Source: Nymphaea colorata (taxonomy: Eukaryota). Taken from it: a stretch of 64,000 bases of DNA. The notes under the pieces were generated by a model, which was not told the DNA's origin, ran no database searches, and was given only the letters and a program-made list of their open reading frames with translations. Shown here one piece after another: positions 12,268 to 26,792 of this stretch (positions are counted from its first letter, which is position 1; every line of letters starts with the position of its first letter). Made by a program: the position numbers and the translations under genes. The DNA is taken from the NCBI RefSeq assembly GCF_008831285.2, contig NC_045138.2, positions 32,736,001-32,800,000 of the forward strand, given 5' to 3'.

Positions 12268-15200
12268 GATCATATAGCAGTTCCCAGGTCTCACAGAACT
12301 GTTTTCCTTTTGTAGTACAGGGTTCATCGTATATATAGCACTCTCATTTACATCACATCCCTTGAGCGCACTTGTAAGGTATTGCATGTTTTTCATTGAC
12401 TTTCATTTTGTCTTACGCATAGCCTCCAAAAACTGACCCTTATACCAATGCATCTAGTTGACCATGCATTGGTCGTGTCAACAAGTCAGCCATTTATTTT
12501 AGTTGCATCTAAATGAGATTTCTAACTTGATGGTACGCATGTTTCTTCATCAAGATCCTAGAGCAGTTCCCAGGTCTCACAGGATTGCTTTCCCTTCTGT
12601 TGTACGGAGTTCATCGTATATTTTGTGCACTCATGTACATGACATCCCTTGAGCACACTTGTCAACTATTTCATGTTTTTCATTGACTTTCTTTTTTTCT
12701 TACGCATAACCTTCAAAAACTGAGCCTCATAACAATGCATCTAGTTGGTCATGCATTTGTCGTGTCAAAAGTCAGCCACTTATTTCAATTTCATGCAAAT
12801 GACATTTCTAACTTGATGGTGGGTATGTTTCATCATCAAGATCATAGAGCAGTTCTCAGGTCTCACAGGACTGCTTTCCCTTTTGTTGTACGGGTTTCAT
12901 CGTATATTTAGCGCTCTCATTTACATCACATCCCTTGAGCACACTTGTCAAGTATTGCATGTTTTTCATTGACTTTCTTTTTGTCTAACGCATAACCTCC
13001 AAAAACTGACCCTTATACCAATGCATCTAGTTGGCCATGCATTGGTCGTATCAACAAGTCAACCATTTATTTTAATTGCATCTAAATGCCATTTCTGACT
13101 TGATGGTGCGCATGTTTGTTCATCAAGATCATAGAGCGGCTCCCAGGTCTGACAGGACTGCTTTCCCTTTTGTTGTACGGGGTTCATCGTATATTTAGCG
13201 CTCTCATTTACATCACATCCTTGAGCGCAATTATCAAGTATTGCATGTTTTTCATTGACTTTCTTTTTGTCTTATGCATAACCTCCAAAAACTAACCCTT
13301 ACAACAATGCACCTAGTTGGTCATGCATTGGCCGTGTCAACCAGTTAGCCATTTATTTCAATCTCATCCAAATGATATTTCTAACTTGATGGTGGGTATG
13401 TTTCATCATCAAGATCCTAGAGCAGTTCTTAGGTCTGACAGGACTGCTTTCCCTTTTGTTGTACGGGGTTTATCGTATATTTAACGCTCTCATTTACATC
13501 ACATCCCTTGAGCGCACTTGTCAAGTTTTGCATGTTTTTCATTGACTTTCTTTTTGTCTTATGCATAACCACAAAAAACTGACCTTTATACCAATGCATC
13601 TAGTTGGCCATGCATTGGTCGTGTCAACAAGTTAGCCATTTATTTCAATTGCATCAAAATGACATTTCTAACTTGATGGTGTGTATGTTTCTTTATCAAG
13701 ATCCTAGAGCAGTTCCCAGGTCTCACAGGACAGATTTACCTTTTGTTGTATGGGGTTCATCGACTATTTAGCGCTCTCATGTAAATGACATCCCTTGAGC
13801 GCACTTGTCAAGTATTGCATGTTTTTCATTGACTTTCTTTTTGTCTTGCGCATAACCTCAAAAAACTGACCCTTATACCAATGCATCCAGTTGGCATGCA
13901 TTGGTCGTGTCAACCAGTCTGCCATTTATTTCAATTTCATCCAAATGACATTTCTAACTTCATGGTGGGCATGTTGCTTCATCAAGATCCTAGAGCAGTT
14001 CCCAGGTCTCACAGGACTGCTTTTCCTTTTGTTGTACGGGTTCATCGTCATATATTTTGCGCACTGACCCTTATACCAATGCATCTAGTTGGCCACGCAT
14101 TGGTCGTGTCAACAAGTCAGCCATTTATTTTAGTTGCATCTAAATGACATTTCTAACTTGACGGTGTGCATGTTTCTTCATCAAGATACTAGAGCACCTC
14201 CCAGGTCTCACAGGACTGCTTTCCCTTTTGTTGTACGTGGTTCATCGTATATTTAGCGCTCTCATTTACAACACATCCCTTGAATGCACTTTTCAAATAT
14301 TGCATGTTTTTCGTTGATTTTCTTTTGTCTTACGCATAACCACCAAAAACTGACCCTTAAACCAATGCATCTAGTTGGTCATGCATTGGTCGTGTCAACA
14401 AGTCAGTCATTTATTTCAATTGCACCTAAATGACATTTCTAACTTGATGGTGGGCATGTTTCATCATCAAGATCCAAGAGCAGTTGCCAGGTCTCACAGG
14501 ACTGCTTTTCCTTTTGTTGTACGTGGTTCATCGTATATTGAGCGCTCTCATTTACATCACATCCCTTGAGCGCACTTGTCAAAGAGTGCATGTTTTTCAT
14601 TGACTTTCTTTTTGTCTTACGCATAACCTCCAAAAACTTACCCTTATACCAATGCATCTAGTTGGTCATGCATTGGTCGTGTCAACAAGTCAGTCATTTA
14701 CTTCAATTGCATCAAAATGACATTTCTAACTTGATGGAGGGCATGTTTCATCATCAAGATCCTAGAGCAGTTCCCAGGTTTCACCGGACTGCTTTCCCTT
14801 TTGTAGTACGGGGTTCATCGTATATTTAGCGCTCTCATTTACATCACATCTCTTGAGCACACTTGTCAAGTATTGCATGTTTTTCATTGACTTTCATTTT
14901 GTCTTAGGCATAACCTCCAAAAACTGACCGTTACACCAATGCATCTAGTTGGCCATGCATTGGTCGTGTCAACAAGTCAGCCATTTATTTTAGTTGCATC
15001 TAAATGACATTTCTAACTTGATGGTGCGCATGTTTGTTCATCAAGATCCTAGAGCAGTTCCCAGGTCTCACAGAACTGCTTTCCCTTTTGTTGTACGGGG
15101 TTCATCGTATATTTAGCGCTCTCATTTACATCACATCCTTGAGTTCAATTATCAATTATTGCATGTTTTTCATTGACTTTCTTTTTGTCTTACGCATAAC

Positions 15201-18200
15201 CTCCAAAAACTGACCCGTATAACAATGCATCTAGTTGGCCATGCATTGGTCGTGTCATCCAATCAGCCATTTAATTCAATTTCATGCAAATGACATTTCT
15301 AACTTGATGGTGGGTATGTTTCATCATCAAGATCATAGAGCAGTTCCCAGGTCTCACAGGACTGCTTTCCCTTTTGTTGTACGGGGTTCATCGAATATTT
15401 AGCGCTCTCATTTACATCACATCCCTTGAGCGCACTTGTCAAGTATTGCATGTTTTTCATTGACTTTCTTTTTGTCTTACGCATAACCTCCAAAAACTGA
15501 CCCTTATACCAATGCATCTAGTTGGCCATGCATTGGTCGTGTCAACAAGTCAACCATTTATTTCAATTGCGTCTAAATGACATTTCTGACTTGATGGTGC
15601 GCATGTTTGTTCATCAAGATCCTAGAGCAGTTCCCAGGTCTCACAGAACTGCTTTCCCTTTTGTTGTACGAGGTTCATCGTATATTTAGCGCTCTCATTT
15701 ACATCACATCCTTGAGCTCAATTATCAATTATTGCATGTTTTTCATTGACTTTCTTTTTGTCTTACGCATAACCTGCAAAAACTGACCCGTATAACAATG
15801 CATCTAGTTGGCCATGCATTGGTTGTGTCATCCAGTCGGCCATTTATTTCAATTTCATGCAAATGACATTTCTAACTTGATGGTGGGTATGTTTCATCAT
15901 CAAGATCATAGAGCAGTTCTCAGGTCTCACAGGACTGCTTTCCCTTTTGTTGTACGGGTTTCATCGTATATTTAGCGCTCTCATTTACATCACATCCCTT
16001 GAGCGCACTTGTCAAGTATTGCATGTTTTTCATTGACTTTCTTTTTGTCTAACGCATAACCTCCAAAAACTGACCCTTATACCAATGCATCTAGTTGGCC
16101 ATGCATTGGTCGTATCAACAAGTCAACCATTTATTTTAATTGCATCTAAATGCCATTTCTGACTTGATGGTGCGCATGTTTGTTCATCAAGATCATAGAG
16201 CGGCTCCCAGGTCTGACAGGACTGCTTTCCCTTTTGTTGTACGGGGTTCATCGTATATTTAGCGCTCTCATTTACATCACATCCTTGAGCTCAATTATCA
16301 ATTATTGCATGTTTTTCATTGACTTTCTTTTTGTCTTACGCATAACCTCCAAAAAACTGACCCGTATAACAATGCGTCTAGTTGGCCATGCATTGGTCGT
16401 GTCATCCAGTCAGCCATTTATTTCAATTTCATGCAAATGACATTTCTAACTTGATGGTGGGTATGTTTCATCATCAAGATCATAGAGCAGTTCCCAGGTC
16501 TCACAGGACTGCGTTACCTTATGTTGTATGGGGTTCATCGAATATTTAGCGCTCTCATTTACATGACATCCCTTGAGCGCACTTGTCAAGTATTACATGT
16601 TTTTCATTGACTTTCTTTTTGTCTTACGCATAACTTCCAAAAACTGACCCTTATACCAATGCATCTAGTTGGCCATGCATTGGTCGTGTCAACAAGTCAG
16701 CCATTTATTTCAATTGCATTAAAATGACATTTCTAACTTGGTGGTGCGCATGCTTCTTCATCAAGATCCTACAGCAGTTCCCAGGTCTAACAGGACTGTT
16801 TTTCCTTTTGTTGTGCGGGGCTCATCGTATATTTAGCGCACTCATTTACATCACATCCCTTGAGCGCATTTGTCAAGTATTGCATGTTTTCATTGACTTT
16901 CTTTTTGTCTTACGCATAACCACCAAAAACTGACCTTTATACCAATGCATATAGTTGGTCATGTATTGGTCGTGTCAACAAGTCAGCCATTTACTTCAAT
17001 TGCATCAAAATGACATTTCTAACTTGATGGTGTGCATGTGTCTTCATCAAGATCATAGAGCAGTTCCCAGGTCCCACAGGACTGCTTTCCCTTTTGTTGT
17101 ACGGTGTTCATCGACTATTTAGCGCTCTAATGTACATGAAATCCCTTGAGCGCACTTGTCAAGTATTGCATGTTTTTTATTGACTTTCTTTTTGTCTTGC
17201 GCATAACCTCAAAAAACTGACCCTTATACCAATGCATCTAGTTGGCCATGCATTTGTCGTGTCAACCAGTCTGCCATTTATTTCAAATTCATCCAAATTA
17301 CATTTCTAACTTCATGGTGGGCATGTTGCTTCACCAAGATCATAGAGCAGTTCCCAGGTCTCACAGGACTGCTTTCCCTTTTATTGTACGGGGTTCATCG
17401 TATATTTAGCGCTCTCATGTACATGACATCCCTTGAGCGCACTTGTCAACTATTGCATATTTTTCATTGACTTTCTTTTTGTCTTGTGCATAACCTCAAA
17501 AAACTGATGCTTATACCAATGCATCTAGTAGGCCTTGCATTGGTCGTGTCAACCAGTCTGCCATTTATTTCAATTTCATCCGAATGACATTTCTAACTTG
17601 ATGGTAGGCATGTTGCTTTATCAAGATCCTAGAGCAGTTACCAGGTCTCACAGGACTGCTTTTCCTTTTGTTGTACGGGTTCATCATATATTTAGCACAA
17701 TGACCCTCATACCAATCCATCTAGTTGGCCATGCATTGGTCGTGTCAACAAGTCACCCATTTATTTTCATTGCATGTAAATGACATTTCTAACTTGATGG
17801 TGTCCATGTTTCTTCATCAAGATCCTAGAGCAGTTCCCAGGTCTCACAGGACTGTTTTCCCATTTGTTGTGCGTAGTTCATCGTATATTGAGCGCTCTCA
17901 TTTACATCACATCCCTTCAGCGCACTTGTCAAATATTGCTTGTTTTACATTGACTTTCTTTTTGTTTTATGCATAACTTCCAAAAACTGACCCTTATACC
18001 AATGCATCTAGTTGGTCATGCATTGGTCGTGTCAACAAGTCAGTCATTTACTTCAATTGCATCAAAATGACTTTTCTAACTTGATGGTGGGCATGTTTCA
18101 TCATCAAGATCCTACAGCAGTTCCCAGGTCTCACCGGACTGCTTTCCCTTTTGTTGTACGGGGTTCATCGTATATTTAGCGGTCTCATTTACATCACATC

Positions 18201-21200
18201 TCTTGAGCACACTTGTCAAGTATTGCATGTTTTTCATTGACTTTCATTTTGTCTTAGGCATAACCTCCAAAAACTGACCGTTACACCAATGCATCTAGTT
18301 GGTCATGCATTGGTCGTGTCAACAAGTCAGCCATTTATTTTAGTTGCATCTAAATGACATTTCTAACTTGATGGTGCGCATGTTTGTTCATCAAGATCCT
18401 AGAGCAGTTCCCAGGTCTCACAGAACTGCTTTCCCTTTTGTTGTACGGGGTTCATCGTATATTTAGCGCTCTCATTTACATCACATCCTTGAGCTCAATT
18501 ATCAATTATTGCATGTTTTTCATTGACTTTCTTTTTGTCTTACGCATAACCTCCAAAAACTGACCCGTATAACAATGCATCCAGTTGGCCATGCATTGGT
18601 CGTGTCATCCAGTCAGCCATTTATTTCAATTTCATGCAAATGACATTTCTAACTTGATGGTGGGTATGTTTCATCATCAAGATCATAGAGCAGTTCCCAG
18701 GTCTCACAGGACTGCTTTCCCTTTTGTTGTACGGGGTTCATCGTATATTTAGCGCTCTCATGTACATGTCATCCCTTGAGCGCACTTGTCAACTTTTGCA
18801 TGTTTTTTATTGTCTTTTTTTTTGTCTTACGCATAACCTCCAAAAACTGACCCTTATACCAATGCATCTAGTTGGCCATGCATTGGTCGTGTCAACAAGT
18901 CAGCCATTTATTTCAATTGCGTCTAAATGACATTTCTGACTTGATGGTGCGCATGTTTGTTCATCAAGATCCTAGAGCGGTTCTCAGGTCTCACAGGACT
19001 GCTTTCCCTTTTGTTGTACGGGGTTCATCGTATATTTAGCGCTCTCATGTACATGTCATCCCTTGAGCGCACTTGTCAACTATTGCATGTTTTTTATTGT
19101 CTTTTTTTTTTTGTCTTATGCATAACCTCCAAAAACTGACTCTTATATCAATGCATCTAGTTGGCCATGCATTGGTCGTGTCAACAAGTCAGCCATTTAT
19201 TTCAATTGCATTAAAATGACATTTCTAACTTGATGGTGCGCATGCTTCTTCATCAAGATCCTAGAGCAGTTCCCAGGTCTCACAGGACTGTTTTTCCTTT
19301 TGTTGTGCGGGGCTCATCGTATATTTAGCGCACTCATTTACATCACATCCCTTGACCGCAATTGTCAATTATTGCATGTTTTTCATTGACTTTCTTTTTG
19401 TCTTACGCATAACCTTCAAAAACTAACCCGTATAACAATGAATCTAGTTGGCCATGCATTGGTCGTGTCAACAAGTCAACCATTTATTTCAATTTCATGC
19501 AAATGACATTTCTAACTTGATGGTGGGTATGTTTCATCATCAAGATCATAGAGCAGTTCCCAGGTCTCATAGGACTGCTTTCCCTTTTGTTGTACGGGGT
19601 TCATCGAATATTTAGCGCTCTCATTTACATCACATCCCTTGAGCGCACTTGTCAAGTATTGCATGTTTTTCATTGACTTTCTTTTTGTCTTACGCATAAC
19701 CTTCAAAAACTGACCCTTATACCAATGCATCTAATTGGCCATGCATTGGTCGTGTCAACAAGTCAACCATTTATTTCAATTGCATCTAAATGACATCTCT
19801 AACTTGATGGTGCGCATGTTTGTTCATCAAAATCCTAGAGCGGTTCCCAGGTCTCACAGGACTGCTTTCCCTTTTGTTGTACGGGGTTCACCGTATATTT
19901 AGCGCTCTCATGTACATATCATCCCTTGAGCGCACTTGTCAACTATTGCATGTTTTTTATTGTCTTTTTTTTTTGTCTTATCCATAACCTCCAAAAACTG
20001 ACCCTTATACCAATGCATCTAGTTGGCCATGCATTGGTCGTGTCAACAAGTCAGCCATTTATTTCAATTGCATTAAAATGACATTTCTAACTTGGTGGTG
20101 CGCATACTTCTTCATCAAGATCCTAGAGCAGTTCCCAGGTCTAACAGGACTGTTTTTCCTTTTGTTGTGCGGGGCTCATCGTATATTTAGCGCACTCATT
20201 TACATCACATCCCTTGAGCGCAATTATCAATTATTGCATGTTTTTCATTGACTTTCTTTTTGTCTTACGCATAACCTCCAAAAACTAACCCGTATAACAA
20301 TGCATCTAGTTGGCCATGCATTGGTCGTGTCATCCAGTCAGCCATTTATTTCAATTTCATGCAAATGACATTTCTAACTTGATGGTGGGCATGTTGCTTC
20401 ATCAAGATCGTAGAGCGCACTTGTCAGGTCTCACAGGACTGTTTTCCCTTTTGTTGTACGGGGTTCATCGAATATTTAGCGCTCTCATTTACATCACATC
20501 CCTTGAGTGCACTTGTCAAGTATTGCATGTTTTTCATTGACTTTCTTTTTGTCTTACGCATAACCTCCAAAAACTGACCCTTATACCAATGCATCTAGTT
20601 GGCCATGCATTGGTCGTGTCATCCAGTCAGCCATTTATTTCAATTTCATGCAAATGACATTTCTAACTTGATGGTGGGTATGTTTCATCATCAAGATCAT
20701 AGAGCAGTTCCCAGGTCTCACAGGACTGCTTTCCCTTTTGTTGTACGGGGTTCATCGAATATTTAGCGCTCTCATTTACATCACATCCCTTGAGCGCACT
20801 TGTCAAGTATTGCATGTTTTTCATTGACTTTCTTTTCGTCTTACGCATAACCTCCAAAAACTGACCCTTATACCAATGCATCTAGTTGGCCATGCATTGG
20901 TCGTGTCAACAAGTCAGTCATTTATTTCAATTTCATTTAAATGACATTTCTAACTTGATGGTGGGCATGTTGCTTCATCAAGATCCTAGAACAGTTACCA
21001 GTTCTCACAGGACTGTTTTTCCTTTTGTTGTACGGGTTCATCATATATTTAGCGCAATGACCCTCATACCAATGCATCTAGTTGGTCATGCATTGGTCGT
21101 GTCAACAAGTCAGCCATTTATTTTCATTGCATCTAAATGACATTTCTAACTTGATGGTGTCCATGTTTCTTCATCAAGATCCTAGAGCAATTCCGAGGTC

Positions 21201-24200
21201 TCACAGGACTGCTTTCCCATTTGTTGCACGTAGTTCATCGTATATTGAGCGCTCTCATTTACATCACATCCCTTCAGCGCACTTGTCAAATATTGCTTGT
21301 TTTACATTGACTTTCTTTTTGTCTTATGCATAACCTCCAAAAACTGACCCTTATACTAATGCATCTAGTTGGTCATGCATTGGTCGTGTCAACAAGTCAG
21401 TCATTTACTTCAATTGCATCAAAATGACATTTCTAACTTGATGGTGGGCATGTTTCATCATCAAGATCCTAGAGCAGTTCTCAGGTCTCACGGGACTGCT
21501 TTCCCTTTTGTTGTACGGGGTTCATCGTATATTTAGCGCTCTCATTTACATCACATCTCTTGAGCACACTTGTCAAGTATTGCATGTTTTTCATTGACTT
21601 TCATTTTGTCTTAGGCATAACCTCCAAAAACTGACCGTTACACCAATGCATCTAGTTGGCCATGCATTGGTCGTGTCAACAAGTCAGCCATTTATTTTAG
21701 TTGCATCTAAATGACATTTCTAACTTGACGGTGCGCATGTTTCTTCATCAAGATCCTAGAGCAGTTCCCAGGTCTCACAGAACTGCTTTCCCTTTTGTTG
21801 TACGGGGTTCATCGTATATTTAGCGCTCTCATTTACATCACATCCTTGAGCTCAATTATCAATTATTGCATGTTTTTCATTGACTATCTTTTTGTCTTAC
21901 GCATAACCTCCAAAAACTGACCCGTATAACAATGCATCCAGTTGGCCATGCATTGGTCGTGTCATCCAGTCAGCCATTTATTTCAATTTCATGCAAATGA
22001 CATTTCTAACTTGATGGTGGGTATGTTTCATCATCAAGATCATAGAGCAGTTCCCAGGTCTCACAGGACTGCTTTCCCTTTTGTTGTACGGGGTTCATCG
22101 AATATTTAGCGCTCTCATTTACATCACATCCCTTGAGCGCACTTGTCAAGTATTGCATGTTTTTCATTGACTTTCTTTTTGTCTTACGCATAACCTCCAA
22201 AAACTGACCCTTATACCAATGCATCTAGTTGGCCATGCATTGGTCGTGTCAACAAGTCAACCATTTATTTCAATTGCATCTAAATGACATTTCTAACTTG
22301 ATGGTGCGCATGTTTGTTCATCAAGATCCTAGAGCGGTTCCCAGGTCTCACAGGACTGCTTTCCCTTTTGTTGTACGAGTTCATCGTATATTTAGCGCTC
22401 TCATGTACATGTCATCCCTTGAGCGCACTTGTCAACTATTGCATGTTTTTTATTGTCTTTTTTTTTGTCTTACGCATAACCTCCAAAAACTTACCCTTAT
22501 ATCAATGCATCTAGTTGGCCATGCATTGGTCGTGTCAACAAGTCAGCCATTTATTTCAATTGCATTAAAATGACATTTCTAACTTGGTGGTGTGCATGCT
22601 TCTTCATCAAGATCCTAGAGCAGTTCCCAGGTCTAACAGGACTGTTTTTCCTTTTGTTGTGCGGGGCTCATCGTATATTTAGCGCACTCATTTACATCAC
22701 ATCCCTTGAGTGCAATTGTCAAGTATTGCATGTTTTTCATTGACTTTCTTTTTGTCTTACGCATAACCACCAAAAACTGACCCTTATACCAATGCATATA
22801 GTTGGTCATGCATTGGTCGTGTCAACAAGTTAGCCATTTACCTCAATTGCAGCAAAATGACATTTCTAACTTGATGGTGTGCATGTGTCTTCATCAAGAT
22901 CATAGAGCACTTCCCAGGTCCCACAGGACTGCTTTCCCTTTTGTTGTACGGTGTTCATCGACTATTTAGCGCTCTAATGTACATGAAATCCCTTGAGCGC
23001 ACTTGTCAAGTATTGCATGTTTTTTATTGACTTTCTTTTTGTCTTGCGCATAACCTCAAAAAACTGACCCTTATACCAATGCATCTAGTTGGCCATGCAT
23101 TGGTCATGTCAACCAGTCTGCCATTTATTTCAATTTCATCCAAATTACATTTCTAACTTCATGGTGGGCATGTTGCTTCACCAAGATCATAGAGCAGTTC
23201 CCAGGTCTCACATGACTGCTTTCCCTTTTATTGTACGGGGTTCATCGTATATTTAGCGCTCTCATGTACATGACATCCCTTGAGCGCACTTGCCAAGTAT
23301 TGCATATTTTTCATTGACTTTCTTTTTGTCTTGCGCATAACCTCAAAAACCTGACGCTTATACCAATGCATCTAGTAGGCCTTGCATTGGTCGTGTCAAC
23401 CAGTCTGCCATTTATTTCAATTTCATCCGAATGACATTTCTAACTTGATGGTGGGCATGTTGCTTCATCAAGATCCTAGAGCAGTTACCAGGTCTCACAG
23501 GACTGCTTTTCCTTTTGTTGTACGGGTTCATCATATATTTAGCGCAATGACCCTCATACCAATGCATCTAGTTGGCCATGCATTGGTCGTGTCATCCAGT
23601 CAGCCATTTATTTCAATTTCATGCAAATGACATTTCTAACTTGATGGTGGGTATGTTTCATCATCAAGATCATAGAGCAGTTCTCAGGTCTCACAGGACT
23701 GCTTTCCCTTTTGTTGTACCGAGTTCATCGAATATTTAGCGCTCTCATTTACATCACATCCCTTGAGCGCACTTGTCAAGTATTGCATGTTTTTCATTGA
23801 CTTTCTTTTTGTCTTACAGATAACCTCCAAAAACTGACCCTTATACCAATGCATCTAGTTGGCCATGCATTGGTCGTGTCAACAAGTCAGCCATTTATTT
23901 TAGTTGCATCTAAATGACATTTCCAACTTGACGGTGTGCATGTTTCTTCATCAAGATACTAGAGCAGTTCCTAGGTCTCACATGACTGCTTTCCCTTTTG
24001 TTTTACGTGGTTCATCGTATATTGAGCGCTCTGATTTACATCACATCCCTTGAGTGCACTTTTCAAATATTGCATGTTTTTCGTTGACTTTCTTTTGTCT
24101 TACGCATAACCTCCAAAAACTGACCCTTATACCAATGCATCTAGTTAGTCATGCATTGGTCGTGTCAACAAGTCAGTCATTTATTTCAATTGCATCTAAA

Positions 24201-26179
24201 TGACATTTCTAACTTGATGGTGGGCATGTTTCATCATCAAGATCCTAGAGCAGTTCCAAGGTCTCACAGGACTGCTTTCCCTTTTGTTGTACGGGGTTCA
24301 TCGTATATTGAGCGCTCTCATTTACATCACATCCCTTGAGCGCACTTGTCAAGGAGTGCATGTTTTTCATTGACTTTCTTTTTGTCTTACGCATAACCTC
24401 CAAAAACTGACCCTTATACCAATGCATCGAGTTGGCCATGCATTGGTCGTGTCAACCAGTCAGCCATTTATTTCAATTTCATCCAAATGACATTTCTAAC
24501 TTGATGGTGGGCATGTTGCTTCATCAAGATCGTAGAGCGCACTTGTCAGGTCTCACAGGACTGTTTTCCCTTTTGTTGTACGGGGTTCATCGTATATTGA
24601 GCACTCTCATTTACATCACATCCCTTGAGCACACTTGTCAAGTATTGCATGTTTTACTTTGACTTTCTTTTTGTCTTACGCGTAGCCTCCAAAAACTGAC
24701 CCTTATACCAATGTATCTAGTTGGCCATGCGTTGGTCGTGTCAACAAGTCAGCCATTTATTTCAATTGCATCAAAATGACATTTCTAACTTGATGGTGCG
24801 CATACTTCTTCATCAAGATCCTAGAGCAGTTCCCAGGTCTAACAGGACTTTTTCCCTTTTGTTGTACGGGGCTCATCGTATATTTAGCGCACTCATCTAC
24901 ATCACATCCCTTGAGCGCACTTGTCAAGTATTGCATGTTTTTCATTGACTTTCTTTTTGTCTTATCCATAACCTCCAAAAACTGACCCTTATACCAATGC
25001 ATCTAGTTGGCCATGCATTGGTCGTGTCAACAAGTCAACCATTTATTTCAATTGCGTCTAAATGACATTTCTGACTTGATGGTGCGCATGTTTGTTCATC
25101 AAGATCCTAGAGCAGTTCCCAGGTCTCTTAGAACTGCTTTCCCTTTTGTTGTACGGGGTTCATCGTATATTTAGCGCTCTCATTTACATCACATCCTTGA
25201 GCTCAATTATCAATTATTGCATGTTTTTCATTGAGTTTCCTTTGTCTTACGCATAACCTCCAAAAACTGACCCGTATAACAATGCATCTAGTTGGCCATG
25301 CATTGGTCGTGTCATCCAGTCAGCCATTTATTTCAATTTCATGCAAATGACATTTCTAACTTGATGGTGGGTATGTTTCATCATCAAGATCCTAGAGCAA
25401 TTCCCAGGTCTCACAGGACTGCTTTCCCTTTTGTTGTACGGGGCTCATCGTATATTTAGCGCTCTCATTTACATCACATCCCCTGAGCGCACTTATCAAG
25501 TATTGCATGTTTTTCGTGGACGTTCTTTTTGTCTTACGCATCTCCACCAAAAACTGACCCTTATACCAATGCATCTAGTTGGCGATGCATTGGTCATGTC
25601 AACAAGTCAGCCATTTATTTCAATTGCATCTAAATGACATTTCTGACTTGATGGTGCGCATGTTTCTTCATCAAGATCCTAGAGCAGTTCCTAGGACTCA
25701 CAGCACTGCTTTCCCTTTAGTTGTACGGGGTTCATCGTATATTTAGCGCTCTCATTTACATCACATCCCTTGAGCGCACTTGTCAAGTATTGCATGTTTT
25801 TCATTGACTTTCTTTTTGTCTTTCGCATAACCTGCAAAAACTGACCCTTATACCAATGCATCCAGTTGGCCATGCATTGGTCGTGTCAACAAGTCAGCCA
25901 TTTATTTTAATTGCATCTAAATGACATTTCTAACTTGATGGTGCCCATGTTTCTTCATCAAGATCCTAGAGCAGTTCCCAGGACTCACAGGACTGTTTTT
26001 CCTTTTGTTGTACGGGGTTCATCGTATATTGAGCGCTCATATTTACATCACATCCCTTGAGCGCACTTGTCAATTATTGCATGTTTTTCATTGACTTTCT
26101 TTTTGTCTTACACATAACCTTCAAAAACTGACCCTTATACCAATGCATCTAGTTGGTCTTGCATTGGTCGTGTCAACAA
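12268..26179. repeat. Diverged/mosaic satellite zone (same 287-bp family, relic ~3.35-kb higher-order periodicity)
   Basis: Same monomer with many private SNPs. The diagnostic variant GTCTTAGGCATAAC...CTGACCGTTACACC recurs at 14901, 18251 and 21608 (offsets 3350, 3357). The 196-bp deletion monomer recurs at ~14050, ~17690, ~21050 and ~23540. Confidence 0.88.
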
Positions 26180-26397
26180 TAAAATTCATGAAGAGGACGA
26201 CAAGGGTCCTCAGGACATAACAGAATAAAGTACAAAAGATATAGTGACAATAGTCTGCCAAATAATGGCAACTGTATCATGATATAATACTGTAATCATA
26301 ATAGAATTAGCACCTTTCCAAAACGAACAACTGCCAAAGCAACTAAAACATATAAGAAATTGAAATTCCAAGTATGAAAACAGTTCAAAGAACATAA

Positions 26398-26733
26398 GGT
26401 AGTGTTTGATGGGCAGGTAACCTGGAATTGGAAATATATTTCTGGAAATATATTTCTTGGAATAAAGGAATGAAAAAAATCTTTTCGATTCTCAGTTTGG
26501 TGTGTGTGTGATGACTGAGAAATATATTTCCAGAAATATATTTCTGTGTTTGATAATAAGGAAACATATTTCCTTATTTACATAATCTTTATATAGTTTC
26601 TTAAACACATGATGATGAATACAGAAATCAAGCACGTTAATGTTGTCGAATTTGAAAGCAATAATTTGTCCTTTCACTTTCATATCTTGAATCTAGAATG
26701 CAGTTTTCAGAACAAGTATGTTTTCTATATGGC

Positions 26734-26792
<59 letters not shown>

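Larger units (their letters stand above)
1..26179. repeat. Tandem satellite array, 287-bp monomer (continues beyond left edge of window)
   Basis: The motif AATGACATTT(C)TAACTTGATGG recurs at 197, 484, 771, 1058 and 1345 (287-bp spacing) and continues to 26179, where the sequence switches to unique DNA after ...GGTCGTGTCAACAA. Roughly 90-95 monomers by length. The recurrent short ORFs in the track are repeat artefacts. Confidence 0.98.

Noticed and set aside
1..26179. Dozens of recurring 60-114 aa ORFs in the array
   Set aside because: They follow the satellite period, open and close with random SNPs and indels, and resemble no protein family I know.
1..26179. CRISPR-like or rDNA/5S array interpretation
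   Set aside because: There are no unique spacers, the context is eukaryotic, and I see no 5S, rRNA or tRNA sequence in the monomer.
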